Source: Bacilli bacterium (GTDB taxonomy: Bacteria; Bacillota_I; Bacilli_A; RF39; UBA660). From it: a stretch of 37,903 bases of DNA. The notes under the pieces were generated by a model. That model was not told the origin of the DNA. It saw only the letters and a program-made list of their open reading frames with translations, and did not search any database. The DNA lies in assembly GCA_017397745.1 (NCBI GenBank), contig JAFQIC010000042.1, positions 1-37,903 of the forward strand, written 5' to 3'. Shown piece after piece: positions 20,453-29,826 of this stretch. Every line of letters starts with the position of its first letter. The first letter of the stretch is position 1. Made by a program: the position numbers and the translations under genes.

Positions 20453-21404
20453 ATTAAAAAATGTATTTAGTAAAGAAAAAACAAAGGATATAGAAGTTTA
20501 TGAAAAAGGATTAGAAAAATCTAGAGAAGAATTTGTAAGTAAACTTAATATTCTAGGAATTAAATATAATAAAGTAAATGAAGAGTTTTTTGATGAACTA
20601 GAAGAAATTTTAATAATGTCTGACATAGGTGTAACTACAGTAATGGACTTTATTGAAAAATTAAGAAAAAGAGTAAAAGAAGAAAATATTGAAAATTTTG
20701 ATTATTTAAAAGAAGTAATTGTTGATGAACTTATGCTTATTTATGTAGGAGAAGAAATCTTAAGTAGTAAAATAAATTATAACAATAATGGGCCTACAGT
20801 TATATTATTTGTAGGTGTTAATGGTGTTGGAAAAACTACAACTATTGCAAAACTAGCATCAAAACTAAAAAAAGAAAATAAAAAGGTTATGTTAATTGCT
20901 GGAGATACATTTAGAGCAGGTGCTACTAATCAACTTAAAGAGTGGAGTGAAAAAGTAGGGTGTGAATTTTTTGGGAGTGAATCAAAAGATCCTTCTAGTG
21001 TGATATTTGATGGGCTTAAAAAAGCAAAAGAATATAATATAGATGTTGTCTTAGTAGATACTGCAGGTCGTCTTCAAAATAAACAAAATCTAATGAAAGA
21101 ACTTGAAAAAATGAATAAAGTAATAAGCAGTCAAATAGAAGGTGCACCTCAAGAAACACTTTTAGTAATTGATGCGTGTACAGGTCAAAACGGAATAAGT
21201 CAAGCAAAAAGTTTTAAAGAAATAACAAATATAACAGGTATAGTTTTAACGAAAATGGATGGAACTGCGAAAGGCGGAATAGTTCTTGCGATTAAAAATG
21301 CTGTGGGTATTCCGGTAAAGTATATTGGCCTAGGTGAAAAAGAAGAAGATCTTTTAGTATTTGATATAGAGAAATATATATACGGTCTTTTTAAGGAATT
21401 ATAA
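20436..21404 (+). CDS. ftsY: Signal recognition particle receptor FtsY
   Basis: GVNGVGKTTT, DTFRAGA, DTAGRLQN, TKMDGTAKGG. Confidence 0.97.
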   Translation: MGLLNKLKNVFSKEKTKDIEVYEKGLEKSREEFVSKLNILGIKYNKVNEEFFDELEEILIMSDIGVTTVMDFIEKLRKRVKEENIENFDYLKEVIVDELMLIYVGEEILSSKINYNNNGPTVILFVGVNGVGKTTTIAKLASKLKKENKKVMLIAGDTFRAGATNQLKEWSEKVGCEFFGSESKDPSSVIFDGLKKAKEYNIDVVLVDTAGRLQNKQNLMKELEKMNKVISSQIEGAPQETLLVIDACTGQNGISQAKSFKEITNITGIVLTKMDGTAKGGIVLAIKNAVGIPVKYIGLGEKEEDLLVFDIEKYIYGLFKEL

Positions 21405-21405
21405 T

Positions 21406-21693
21406 ATGTTTGAAAGAGAAAAAATAATTGAACTTTATGACCTTTATAAAAATATTTTAACTAATAAACAAAGAGAATATTTTGAATACTATTATTTTGA
21501 AGATATGTCTTTTAGCGAAATAAGTTATAATTTAAATGTTAGTAAAGCTAATATAGGTAAAGTCATAAAAGTAGTAGAAAATAAATTAAAAACCTTAGAA
21601 AATGTTTTGCATTTAAAAGAAATAAATGATTTAATATTAAGTAGTAAAAATCAAAAATTAATAGATAAATATTTAGAAATAATATATAAATAA
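21406..21693 (+). CDS. ylxM: YlxM-family DNA-binding/SRP-associated protein
   Basis: LYDLYKNILTNKQREYFEYYYFEDMSFSEI; between ftsY and ffh. Confidence 0.88.
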   Translation: MFEREKIIELYDLYKNILTNKQREYFEYYYFEDMSFSEISYNLNVSKANIGKVIKVVENKLKTLENVLHLKEINDLILSSKNQKLIDKYLEIIYK

Positions 21694-21704
21694 AGGAGTC
21701 AAAT

Positions 21705-23015
21705 ATGTTTGAAACATTATCAGAAAGATTAGAAAATGCAGTAAAAAAGATTAAAGGATATGGTAAAATAACAGAAGATAATATTAAAGATATTATGAGA
21801 GACATAAGACTTGCTTTACTAGAGGCAGATGTTAATTACAAAATAGTACTTGAATTTACTGAAAAAGTAAAAGAAAAAGCGTTAGGTGAAGAAGTAAGAA
21901 AAAGTCTTAAACCAGGTGATCTATTTGTAAAAATATTAAAAGATGAATTAGTGTCGTTACTGGGTGACAATGCATCATCTTTAGTTGTAAATGATAATCC
22001 AACTATAGTTATGATGGTAGGACTTCAAGGAAGTGGTAAAACTACAACAACAGGAAAACTTGGGAATTTTATTAGAAAAAAGTATAAAAAAAATCCGCTT
22101 TTTGTTGCTTGTGATGTTTATAGACCAGCGGCAATAGAACAACTTAAGACTTTAGGATCATCTCTTAGTATTCCAGTTTATGAAGAAGGAAAAGGTAGTC
22201 CTGTGGAAATTGCAAAAAATGCAATTTCGTATGCAAAAGAAAACGGATATAATTATGTTTTAATTGATACTGCAGGAAGACTTCAAATTGATGAGAATCT
22301 TATGAATGAATTAGTTAATATTCAAAAAGAAGTTATGCCACAAGAAACACTTTTAATTATTGATGCAATGATGGGACAAGATGCTATAAACGTAATTACT
22401 GGATTTAATGAAAAATTAAACTTAACAGGATGCATTTTAACAAAAATGGATGGAGACACAAAAGGTGGTGTTGCTTTATCTTTAAGACATCTTACTAATG
22501 TTCCAATTAAAATGATAGGTGATTCTGAAAAATTAGATGGACTTAGCGAATTTGTTCCTGTAAGAGCTGCCGAAAGAATTCTTGGTATGGGAGATATTCT
22601 TTCTATAATAGAAAAAACTGAAAGTGTACTTGATGAAGAAGAAGCTTTAAATACCGCTAAAAAAATGCAAAAAGGGAAATTTGATTTAGAAGATTTTTTA
22701 AGTACATTAAAAACTATAAAAAAGATGGGACCTCTTGAAAATTTATTAAAACTAATACCAGGAGCAAGAAATATGGGACTAAACAATGTAAATATTGATC
22801 CTAAACAAATAGCACATATAGAAGCAATAGTTTTATCTATGACTAAAGAAGAAAGAAAGGATCCTTCAATATTAAAAGCATCTAGAAAACAAAGAATTTC
22901 AAAAGGTTCGGGGAGAAGTGTTGAAGAAATAAATAGATTACTTAAACAATTTGATCAAATGAAGTTAATGATGAAACAAATGAATAATGGAAATTTGAAG
23001 TTTCCTTTTAAATAA
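21705..23015 (+). CDS. ffh: Signal recognition particle protein Ffh
   Basis: GLQGSGKTTT, DVYRPAA, DTAGR, RILGMGD, Met-rich M domain. Confidence 0.98.
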   Translation: MFETLSERLENAVKKIKGYGKITEDNIKDIMRDIRLALLEADVNYKIVLEFTEKVKEKALGEEVRKSLKPGDLFVKILKDELVSLLGDNASSLVVNDNPTIVMMVGLQGSGKTTTTGKLGNFIRKKYKKNPLFVACDVYRPAAIEQLKTLGSSLSIPVYEEGKGSPVEIAKNAISYAKENGYNYVLIDTAGRLQIDENLMNELVNIQKEVMPQETLLIIDAMMGQDAINVITGFNEKLNLTGCILTKMDGDTKGGVALSLRHLTNVPIKMIGDSEKLDGLSEFVPVRAAERILGMGDILSIIEKTESVLDEEEALNTAKKMQKGKFDLEDFLSTLKTIKKMGPLENLLKLIPGARNMGLNNVNIDPKQIAHIEAIVLSMTKEERKDPSILKASRKQRISKGSGRSVEEINRLLKQFDQMKLMMKQMNNGNLKFPFK

Positions 23016-23024
23016 TTAACCTAT

Positions 23025-23051
23025 ACTTTTTCAAATTATAAGCATAGAATA
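23025..23051 (+). promoter_or_regulatory. SigK-like promoter of the cotD-like gene
   Basis: AC-16 bp-CATAGAATA, matching the SigK consensus AC-N16/17-CATANNNTA. Confidence 0.5.
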
Positions 23052-23074
23052 TACAAGAAAAGGAGTTGTTTAAT

Positions 23075-23410
23075 ATGAATAGCGATTTTGGTATGTATCA
23101 AGGCTATAATGTTGAAAATAAAAGTATGGAAATGAATTCTATGACTGACACAAACATGAATATGAATATGAGCATGGCTTCTAGTTGTGGTTGTTCTAAT
23201 CCAGGGATAGTATGTCCACCAATTTATGAATGTCCAAGAGAAAGATGTGTACACAGATGTTTTGAGCATGAAGTGCCTCATATTGTTCCAATAAATACTA
23301 GAATTATAAATCATCATGTATATAGACATACTTATAGTCCGTGTTATACTTGTACAGAAGAAAATGAAGTAAGTAGTTTAAATTCATGTCCTGGACAAAT
23401 GTATTATTAA
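23075..23410 (+). CDS. CotD-like Cys/His/Met-rich spore coat protein
   Basis: CPPIYECP..CVHRCFEHEVPHIVPINTRIINHHVYRHTYSP resembles the CotD core; AGGAG RBS favours ATG 23075. Confidence 0.7.
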   Translation: MNSDFGMYQGYNVENKSMEMNSMTDTNMNMNMSMASSCGCSNPGIVCPPIYECPRERCVHRCFEHEVPHIVPINTRIINHHVYRHTYSPCYTCTEENEVSSLNSCPGQMYY

Positions 23411-23422
23411 AGGCATCGATTG
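23279..23422 (+). repeat. Direct repeat copy 1 (3' end of cotD-like gene and its terminator)
   Basis: Aligns with 24509-24632: 13 mismatches in 124 aligned nt plus a 20-nt gap. Confidence 0.92.
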
Positions 23423-23433
23423 ATGTCTTTTTT
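23409..23433 (+). terminator. Terminator after the cotD-like gene
   Basis: AAAGGCATC-gatt-GATGTCTTT followed by Ts. Confidence 0.7.
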
Positions 23434-23559
23434 AGTAAAAAAATGTACATAAAAAAGTGTGTGTTATTTTATTATAGTATTTAGGATTTTTTTTAAATAG
23501 AATTTATAATCTGATATTTACTTTAAATTTACTTTTAGTGCCGACTTACAAACACATGT

Positions 23560-23691
23560 TTGAGCGGACATGCTGCTAAAGTAGCTCGTGATGATATTGA
23601 GAAGAACTTAGGTGAAACTGTTGTTAGTAAAGATAATGCATTATCATATAAATGTGTTGAAGATGATTTGATGATAGAAACTAAAGAATAA
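23560..23691 (+). pseudogene. C-terminal fragment of a BRO/antirepressor-like mobile-element protein
   Basis: Frame reads SGHAAKVARDDIEKNLGETVVSKDNALSY...KE*, resembling the C-terminus of BRO-family proteins from memory; no RBS or N-terminal domain. Confidence 0.5.
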
Positions 23692-23761
23692 ATGTTATAA
23701 TAACTTTATAGGTATTATGGAATTGAAAGAATACTAAAATGGAAAGAAATGAGGTAAAAAT

Positions 23762-24487
23762 ATGTTATTAGAAATAATAATTTTAATAATATTATACATA
23801 ATATTAAAATTAAATTATCCAAAGTTTAGAGGTTTTATGGGGGAGTTTTGGGTAAAGTTAGAATTAGAAAAATTACCTAAAGACAAATATATTATTTTAA
23901 ATGATATTATGATAAAGGATGAACATGGAACTCATCAAATTGATTATTTAGTTTTATCGCATTTTGGGATTTTTGTAATAGAAATGAAAAACTATTATGG
24001 TTTGATTAAAGGAAAAGAATTTGATAATAAATGGTGCCAATTTTTAGGAAAAACAAAAAATTATTTTGTTAATCCTCTGCACCAAAATTATGGACATATA
24101 AAATCTTTATCAAATTTGCTTAAATTAGATGATAAGTATTTTATATCTATTATATGTTTTTCTAATCAAGCAAAGATTGATGTTAAAAGTAATAGTACAG
24201 TTACACAGGTTGATTATTTGAAAAATGATATTTTAAAATATAAAGAATTACTTGTTGATAAGGATATAAAAGAATTATCAAATATAATTATAACTAATAA
24301 TATTGAAGATAAATCATTAAGAAAACAACATGTAAAAGATATTCGCAATAAAATTAATAATGATAAAGAATTAGAAAATAACATGATTTGTCCAAAATGT
24401 TATAATGAGCTAGTTAAGCGAAATGGTAAATATGGAAAATTTATTGGGTGCTCTAATTATCCAAAGTGTAAATACACTAAAAAATAG
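23762..24487 (+). CDS. NERD nuclease-related domain protein with C-terminal topoisomerase-type C4 zinc finger
   Basis: N-terminal TM; GFMGE, QIDYLV...FVIEMKNY, NPLHQNYGHI; CPKC...RNGKYGKFIGCSNYPKC. Confidence 0.9.
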   Translation: MLLEIIILIILYIILKLNYPKFRGFMGEFWVKLELEKLPKDKYIILNDIMIKDEHGTHQIDYLVLSHFGIFVIEMKNYYGLIKGKEFDNKWCQFLGKTKNYFVNPLHQNYGHIKSLSNLLKLDDKYFISIICFSNQAKIDVKSNSTVTQVDYLKNDILKYKELLVDKDIKELSNIIITNNIEDKSLRKQHVKDIRNKINNDKELENNMICPKCYNELVKRNGKYGKFIGCSNYPKCKYTKK

Positions 24488-24508
24488 TATTATAAAAATA
24501 GGCAAGGA

Positions 24509-24632
24509 CATATTGCTTTAATAAATATTAGAATTATAAATCATCCTGTATATAGACATATTTATAGAAGAAAATGAAGCAAGTAGTTTAAATTTATGAT
24601 TTGGACAAATGTATTATTTAAGGCATCAATTG
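24509..24632 (+). pseudogene. Direct repeat copy 2: decayed 3' end of the cotD-like gene
   Basis: ~90% identical to 23279-23422; 20-nt deletion, TAA changed to TTA, terminator stem broken. Confidence 0.9.
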
Positions 24633-24685
24633 CTACCCTTTAATAAATATGCTATAATTTATAAGTAAATAATTAGAGGATAAAG

Positions 24686-25033
24686 ATGATACATAGGATG
24701 AGACTTCATAATAAACCTTTTGAACTTATTAAGAATAAATCTAAGACTATTGAGATGAGACTTTTTGATGAAAAAAGAAGACTTATAAAAAAGGGAGATA
24801 TTATAGAATTTGAAAATAGAACAACTTTAGAAATAATTAAAACAAAAGTAATAAAACTATATAAATATAAAACTTTTGATGAACTTTATAAACATTTTAA
24901 TAAAAAAGAACTTGGATATTTAAGAAATGAAACTATTAATGTTAAAGACATTGAAAAGTACTATTCTAAAGAAGAACAAAATAAATATGGCGCATTAGCT
25001 ATAAGAGTAGAATTAATTGAGGAGGCAATTTGA
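24686..25033 (+). CDS. ASCH domain protein
   Basis: PFELIKNKSKTIEMRLFDEKR..IKKGDIIEF; YKTFDELY; YGALAI. Confidence 0.88.
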   Translation: MIHRMRLHNKPFELIKNKSKTIEMRLFDEKRRLIKKGDIIEFENRTTLEIIKTKVIKLYKYKTFDELYKHFNKKELGYLRNETINVKDIEKYYSKEEQNKYGALAIRVELIEEAI

Positions 25034-25884
25034 AGACAGAAAAAAATATATTAATAGCATTTATTTTAAATCTTATTTTTTCAATTATTGAATTACTTGG
25101 AGGAATTTTTACAAATAGTATTTCAATATTATCAGATGCAATTCATGATATATGTGATTCTATTAGTATAGGTATTTCTTTTATATTAGAAAAAATTAGT
25201 AAAAAAAGTGTTAATGATAGATATACTTTTGGATATGTAAGATACTCTGTATTAGGAGCACTTATAACAAATCTTATTTTAATAGTTTCAAGTATATTAA
25301 TTATTTACAATGCTATAAAAAGATTTAATAATCCAGTTATAATAAATTATGATGCTATGATTATAATTTCAGTTATAGGAATTATATTAAATATGGTAGC
25401 AACTATAATAACTAAAGAAAATAATTCGTTAAATGAAAAAGCAGTTTCTTTGCATATGTTTGAAGATACACTTGGATGGATAATTGTTTTTATAGGTTCA
25501 ATTATAATTAAAATAACTCAAATAAATAATATTGATTCTATAATGTCAATAGGAGTATCTTTATTTATATTTATTCATGCGTTTAAAAATTTAAATGAAA
25601 TAGTAAAGTTGTTTTTAATTAAAACACCAAAAAATATTTCTTTAAATGAAATAAAAAAAGAACTTTTAAAAATAAAAAACATTTTGGATGTACATCATAT
25701 ACATATATGGAGTTTAGATGGAATAAGAAATTATGCAACTATGCATATAGTAACAAATAAAGAGTCTTTTAAATTAAAAAAAGAAATAAAGGAAAAACTA
25801 TTTAAATTTAATATAATTCATACAACAATAGAATTTGAAAAAGAAGATGAATTTTGTTATGAGAACTCATGTAATTTAAAATAA
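25030..25884 (+). CDS. Cation diffusion facilitator (CzcD-like) transporter
   Basis: SDAIHD, YTFGYVR, LHMFED, DVHHIHIWSL, HTTIEFE; TTG start overlapping the upstream stop. Confidence 0.92.
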   Translation: MKTEKNILIAFILNLIFSIIELLGGIFTNSISILSDAIHDICDSISIGISFILEKISKKSVNDRYTFGYVRYSVLGALITNLILIVSSILIIYNAIKRFNNPVIINYDAMIIISVIGIILNMVATIITKENNSLNEKAVSLHMFEDTLGWIIVFIGSIIIKITQINNIDSIMSIGVSLFIFIHAFKNLNEIVKLFLIKTPKNISLNEIKKELLKIKNILDVHHIHIWSLDGIRNYATMHIVTNKESFKLKKEIKEKLFKFNIIHTTIEFEKEDEFCYENSCNLK

Positions 25885-25981
25885 AAAAAGATTTTATAAA
25901 AATTATTAATTAAAATTACTTGATAAATTGACTATATTAACTTATAATATTATAAGAAGAATAGTATTGAAAGGTAAAAAG

Positions 25982-27448
25982 ATGAATATATCAAAATATT
26001 TTAGTAAATTTGAAAAATTAGTAACTAGTAAATTTAATAAATTATCTTTAATAATAGTAAGTCTTTGTTTACTATTTAGTTTTTCATTTGCTATTTTTGT
26101 TGTAAATACAGATAATTATAAAGCAGCAGAAATGTATATTGGTAATCTTATTTATACCTTAAATATGAGAGTTATAGAGAATGGTAATGCCGTTAATGGT
26201 AATGTTGTTACTATTCCTGATGAATATACTTATACGGTTATGGTAGATATAGGTAGTTTAAATCCAGTTAGAACGAAATATAAACTACAATACGATACGG
26301 ATTGTACAGAATGTCAAATATTTATTAGTGATGTAACAGGATGGAACCCCTCAGGATCAATTAATGCATCTGGTACTGAGATAGATTCTAAAACAGTAAA
26401 AGTTATTATTATTAATACTAGTGGATCTTCTGCTGATGTGGAATTTAGAGTTACAGGTGGTTATAATTATCATGGAGTTGAAGGCGTAGCACTGGCTGAA
26501 GGATTTTCTAATGATTTTAAGTATAATTATGTTGATTCAAATTCAAATCGAACTATAACTGAATTAGTAAAAGCAGATACAGAATGTACTCCAACAGAAG
26601 ATATGCCTTGTTATTATGGCGGAGAAGAACAAAGAAATTACATTACTAATAACGAAAAAATTTATAGAATTTTAGGTGTATATTTAATTAATGGTGTTGA
26701 ATATGTAAAAATTATTCAGGAAGATAATGAATCAACTTCATCATATAGTGGATTAAATGAAGCACTACTTAATTATAATAATTCACTTCCAAATAATAAA
26801 TTAGAATATTTAACTGGAGAAGTTCAAATAATAAGTGCAAATGATTATGTACAAATAGGTGCTTATGATTCATATTTAAATGATGGGGAAGAAATGCTTA
26901 CAAATACAACTAGTGAATCAAATGTGTTTTATGTTACTACATCTGGTGAACTTAAATTAAAAGCACAAACAGAAGTTTCTAATATAAGACCTGTATTAAT
27001 ATTGAAAAGCGATGCTCGTATTAGAAATACAGGAGATGGTTCTTCAAATAATCCGTATATAATTCAAGATTCAACATCTGACATAATTGTAACTGAATTA
27101 AAAGTAGATGGTGCTCATGTTCAAGATACACCTAAATCAGGTTTATATAGTTTCAAACCAAATTGTACAAATGGAACTGCAACTTGGTCAGATAAACAAT
27201 ACTTATTAGAATTTTCAATAACTAATTCTACTATGTCTTGTGTAATAGAGTTTGAATCTAGAGATTTTAAATTAAATACTAAAGTAAATGGAGTGTCAGC
27301 ACCGATTCCAACCACAGGAAATTATAGTATGGATTATGACTGCAGTATGGGTAATATAACACTTGTATGGGATAATACTAATCATGAAATTTCAATAAGC
27401 AATATAGAATCACCAGTTTTATGTGAAGTGGAATTTACAAGTATTTAA
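25982..27448 (+). CDS. Membrane-anchored Cys-containing surface protein with a putative C-type-lectin-like module and two C-terminal ~60-aa repeats
   Basis: N-terminal TM; YYGG...NYI....IYRILG; VFYV..SG.L...NIRPVLILK...GDGSSNNPY; ATG 25982 preferred over TTG 25928. Confidence 0.75.
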   Translation: MNISKYFSKFEKLVTSKFNKLSLIIVSLCLLFSFSFAIFVVNTDNYKAAEMYIGNLIYTLNMRVIENGNAVNGNVVTIPDEYTYTVMVDIGSLNPVRTKYKLQYDTDCTECQIFISDVTGWNPSGSINASGTEIDSKTVKVIIINTSGSSADVEFRVTGGYNYHGVEGVALAEGFSNDFKYNYVDSNSNRTITELVKADTECTPTEDMPCYYGGEEQRNYITNNEKIYRILGVYLINGVEYVKIIQEDNESTSSYSGLNEALLNYNNSLPNNKLEYLTGEVQIISANDYVQIGAYDSYLNDGEEMLTNTTSESNVFYVTTSGELKLKAQTEVSNIRPVLILKSDARIRNTGDGSSNNPYIIQDSTSDIIVTELKVDGAHVQDTPKSGLYSFKPNCTNGTATWSDKQYLLEFSITNSTMSCVIEFESRDFKLNTKVNGVSAPIPTTGNYSMDYDCSMGNITLVWDNTNHEISISNIESPVLCEVEFTSI

Positions 27449-27511
27449 TAATAGTTATTATTAGTGTATAATAAAACTGCTTTAAGCAGTTTTTTGATTA
27501 AGGAGTAAAAA

Positions 27512-29356
27512 ATGGCAATAACAAAAACGGATTTTATTAATTATACAAGATGTAGAAGATATGCTGCTTTAGAAGAAATAAAAAAGGAAAAGCTATCTGC
27601 ATCTTTAACTATAGAGGAATATAGAAAACAGGAAAATGATGAAATAATAAGAGAGATATTAGGTAATATGTTTTCTGAAGAAGATGGAGAAGAAGTAGAT
27701 TTAACAATAAAACATGATAAGCAATTAGAAGCAATGATGGATTATTATAAAGAAGTGGAATTTTTAGCTGCTAAACAAGTTAAAAAAGTTTTTGGAGGCG
27801 ATACAATATTTAGTGAAGATACTTTTAGACAAGAATCTTTTGACTTTCAAAAAAATGGTATAAAATACTTGTGTTATGTTGATATTTATAATGAAGTTAA
27901 TGATGAGATAAATATTATAGAAGTAAAAGCAACAACAAGTAAAAAATTTGTTGATGATCTTTTTTATGGGGAAAGAGGAAAAGATAAATATCCACTATTT
28001 GTTTTAAAAGATGGAATATATAGAATTAATAGAGATGATATAAATGACAAAAACGAAAAAAATTTTAATGAGAAAATATTAAAATTAAAAAATAGATTCT
28101 CAAGTGCTGGTAAATACGTATTTGATTTAGCGGTGCAAAGATATATAATTGAAAATGATTTTTTAACAAGAAACATTAATAAAAAAATTAATTATTATCT
28201 AGCAGTTTTAAATTCAAAATATGTATATGATGGGTATAAAGAAAATGGTAAAAGGGTATACAACACTGATGAAAATGGTAATGATATAATTAGTATATTT
28301 GATTTAAATGAGTTAACTAAAGAAATGATACCACTCATAGATGATAATAGAAAAATGCTTGAAAAATATATTTATGAAAGTGATAATTCAAAATGTAGAG
28401 TAAGTGAAGCGTGCGAACTTAAAAAAAATACTGAATGCAAATATAAATGTATTTGTTTTAAAGATGTTCCTAAATATAATACAAGTTATAATTACCTTAA
28501 TTTTAGAAGTTTTAAAGATTTAAATAATGTATCTTATAATAAATATGATTTAATAAATGAAGGGTATTTAAAATTTGATGATATACCAAAAGAATGGCTA
28601 AATAATCCTAACCATATTATTCAAAGAGATGTTTATGATACAAATAAAGAATATGTTGATAAAGAAAAAATAAAAGCATCATTATCCTCAATTGAATATC
28701 CAATTTATCATCTTGATTTTGAAACATTTCCTTGTCCTATTCCGAGATTTAAAGGCGAAAAACCTTATACACAATCTTGTTTTGAGTTTTCATTACATAT
28801 AGAACATGAGGAAGGAGTATGTGACAAAGAAAAAGATAACTTTATTTTTTTAGCTGAAACTTTAGATGATGAAAGAGAAGAACTTGTAAAAGCACTAATA
28901 AACCATATTGATGGAAGTAAAGGAACGATGCTTGCACAAAATGTAGGATTTGAAAAATCAAGAATAAAAGAACTTGCTAATGTTTTTCCACAATACAAAG
29001 AAAAATTAATGAAAATACATGATATAGGATTTGACTTATTATATGTAATAAGAAATAATGAAAAGTTATTCTTAGATTTAGGTTTTGATAATGAAAAAGC
29101 AAAAAAAATAAATTATTATCATAAAGATCAAAGCGGCAGCTATTCAATAAAAAAGACACTTCCATTATTTACTAACTTAAAATATACTGATTTAGAAATA
29201 CAAAATGGAACTGATGCTTTAGTTGAATATTCAAGATATAATTTAATGAATGATACAGAAAGAAAATATGTTCAAGAAAATTTAAGAAAATATTGTTGCC
29301 AAGATACTTGGGCTATGGTAGAAATACTAAAAGGTTTAAGAAAACTTGTAAAATAA
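27512..29356 (+). CDS. DUF2779-type protein: Cas4-like PD-(D/E)XK domain plus RNase H-like exonuclease domain
   Basis: ITKTDF...C; YVDI...IIEVKATT; DLAVQRYI; Cys cluster CELKKNTECKYKCIC; HLDFET, FEKSRI, SYSIKKTLP, YCCQDT. Confidence 0.8.
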   Translation: MAITKTDFINYTRCRRYAALEEIKKEKLSASLTIEEYRKQENDEIIREILGNMFSEEDGEEVDLTIKHDKQLEAMMDYYKEVEFLAAKQVKKVFGGDTIFSEDTFRQESFDFQKNGIKYLCYVDIYNEVNDEINIIEVKATTSKKFVDDLFYGERGKDKYPLFVLKDGIYRINRDDINDKNEKNFNEKILKLKNRFSSAGKYVFDLAVQRYIIENDFLTRNINKKINYYLAVLNSKYVYDGYKENGKRVYNTDENGNDIISIFDLNELTKEMIPLIDDNRKMLEKYIYESDNSKCRVSEACELKKNTECKYKCICFKDVPKYNTSYNYLNFRSFKDLNNVSYNKYDLINEGYLKFDDIPKEWLNNPNHIIQRDVYDTNKEYVDKEKIKASLSSIEYPIYHLDFETFPCPIPRFKGEKPYTQSCFEFSLHIEHEEGVCDKEKDNFIFLAETLDDEREELVKALINHIDGSKGTMLAQNVGFEKSRIKELANVFPQYKEKLMKIHDIGFDLLYVIRNNEKLFLDLGFDNEKAKKINYYHKDQSGSYSIKKTLPLFTNLKYTDLEIQNGTDALVEYSRYNLMNDTERKYVQENLRKYCCQDTWAMVEILKGLRKLVK

Positions 29357-29429
29357 TTTGTAAAAAAATGTCAATTTTATTGCTTATTAGAATAGTAATG
29401 TAGTATAGTTAAAATAGGAGAGTGATAAA

Positions 29430-29624
29430 ATGATATATCCTTCTATTGATAAATTATTAAACTTAGTAGATTCCAAGTATAAACTAGTTCATGTTGCCGC
29501 TACAAGAGGAAGACAAATGCTCGAAAATAAACATTATCAATTAAATGAAAATGAATATGTTTCGACAAAAGAAATTGGAAAAAGTTTAGAAGAATTAGAA
29601 AAGGGTTATGTAAAATTAAAATAA
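29430..29624 (+). CDS. rpoZ: RNA polymerase omega subunit
   Basis: MIYPSIDKLL..VDSKYKLVHVAATRGRQ...SLEEL. Confidence 0.92.
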   Translation: MIYPSIDKLLNLVDSKYKLVHVAATRGRQMLENKHYQLNENEYVSTKEIGKSLEELEKGYVKLK

Positions 29625-29658
29625 ATTTACGTATACTTAGCAAAGGAGAAATATATAG

Positions 29659-29817
29659 ATGACAAGTAAAAAGGGATTTATATCAATATCAATTATTTAT
29701 TCATTTTTGATTCTTTTTTTGCTAATAATGTTTTCTATATTAATTTCTTATTCAAATAGAATAAGTATGGTATCTTCTATTGTTAATGAAGCAAAAGAAG
29801 TTTTAAATGGTTTATAA
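29659..29817 (+). CDS. 52-aa prepilin-like (ComG/type IV pilin-type leader) protein, below the ORF-track cutoff
   Basis: AAAGGAG RBS; MTSKKG|FISISIIYSFLILFLLIMFSILISYSNRISMVSSIVNEAKEVLNGL*: basic leader, G-F cleavage-like site, hydrophobic helix. Confidence 0.75.
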   Translation: MTSKKGFISISIIYSFLILFLLIMFSILISYSNRISMVSSIVNEAKEVLNGL

Positions 29818-29826
29818 AATTAATAA

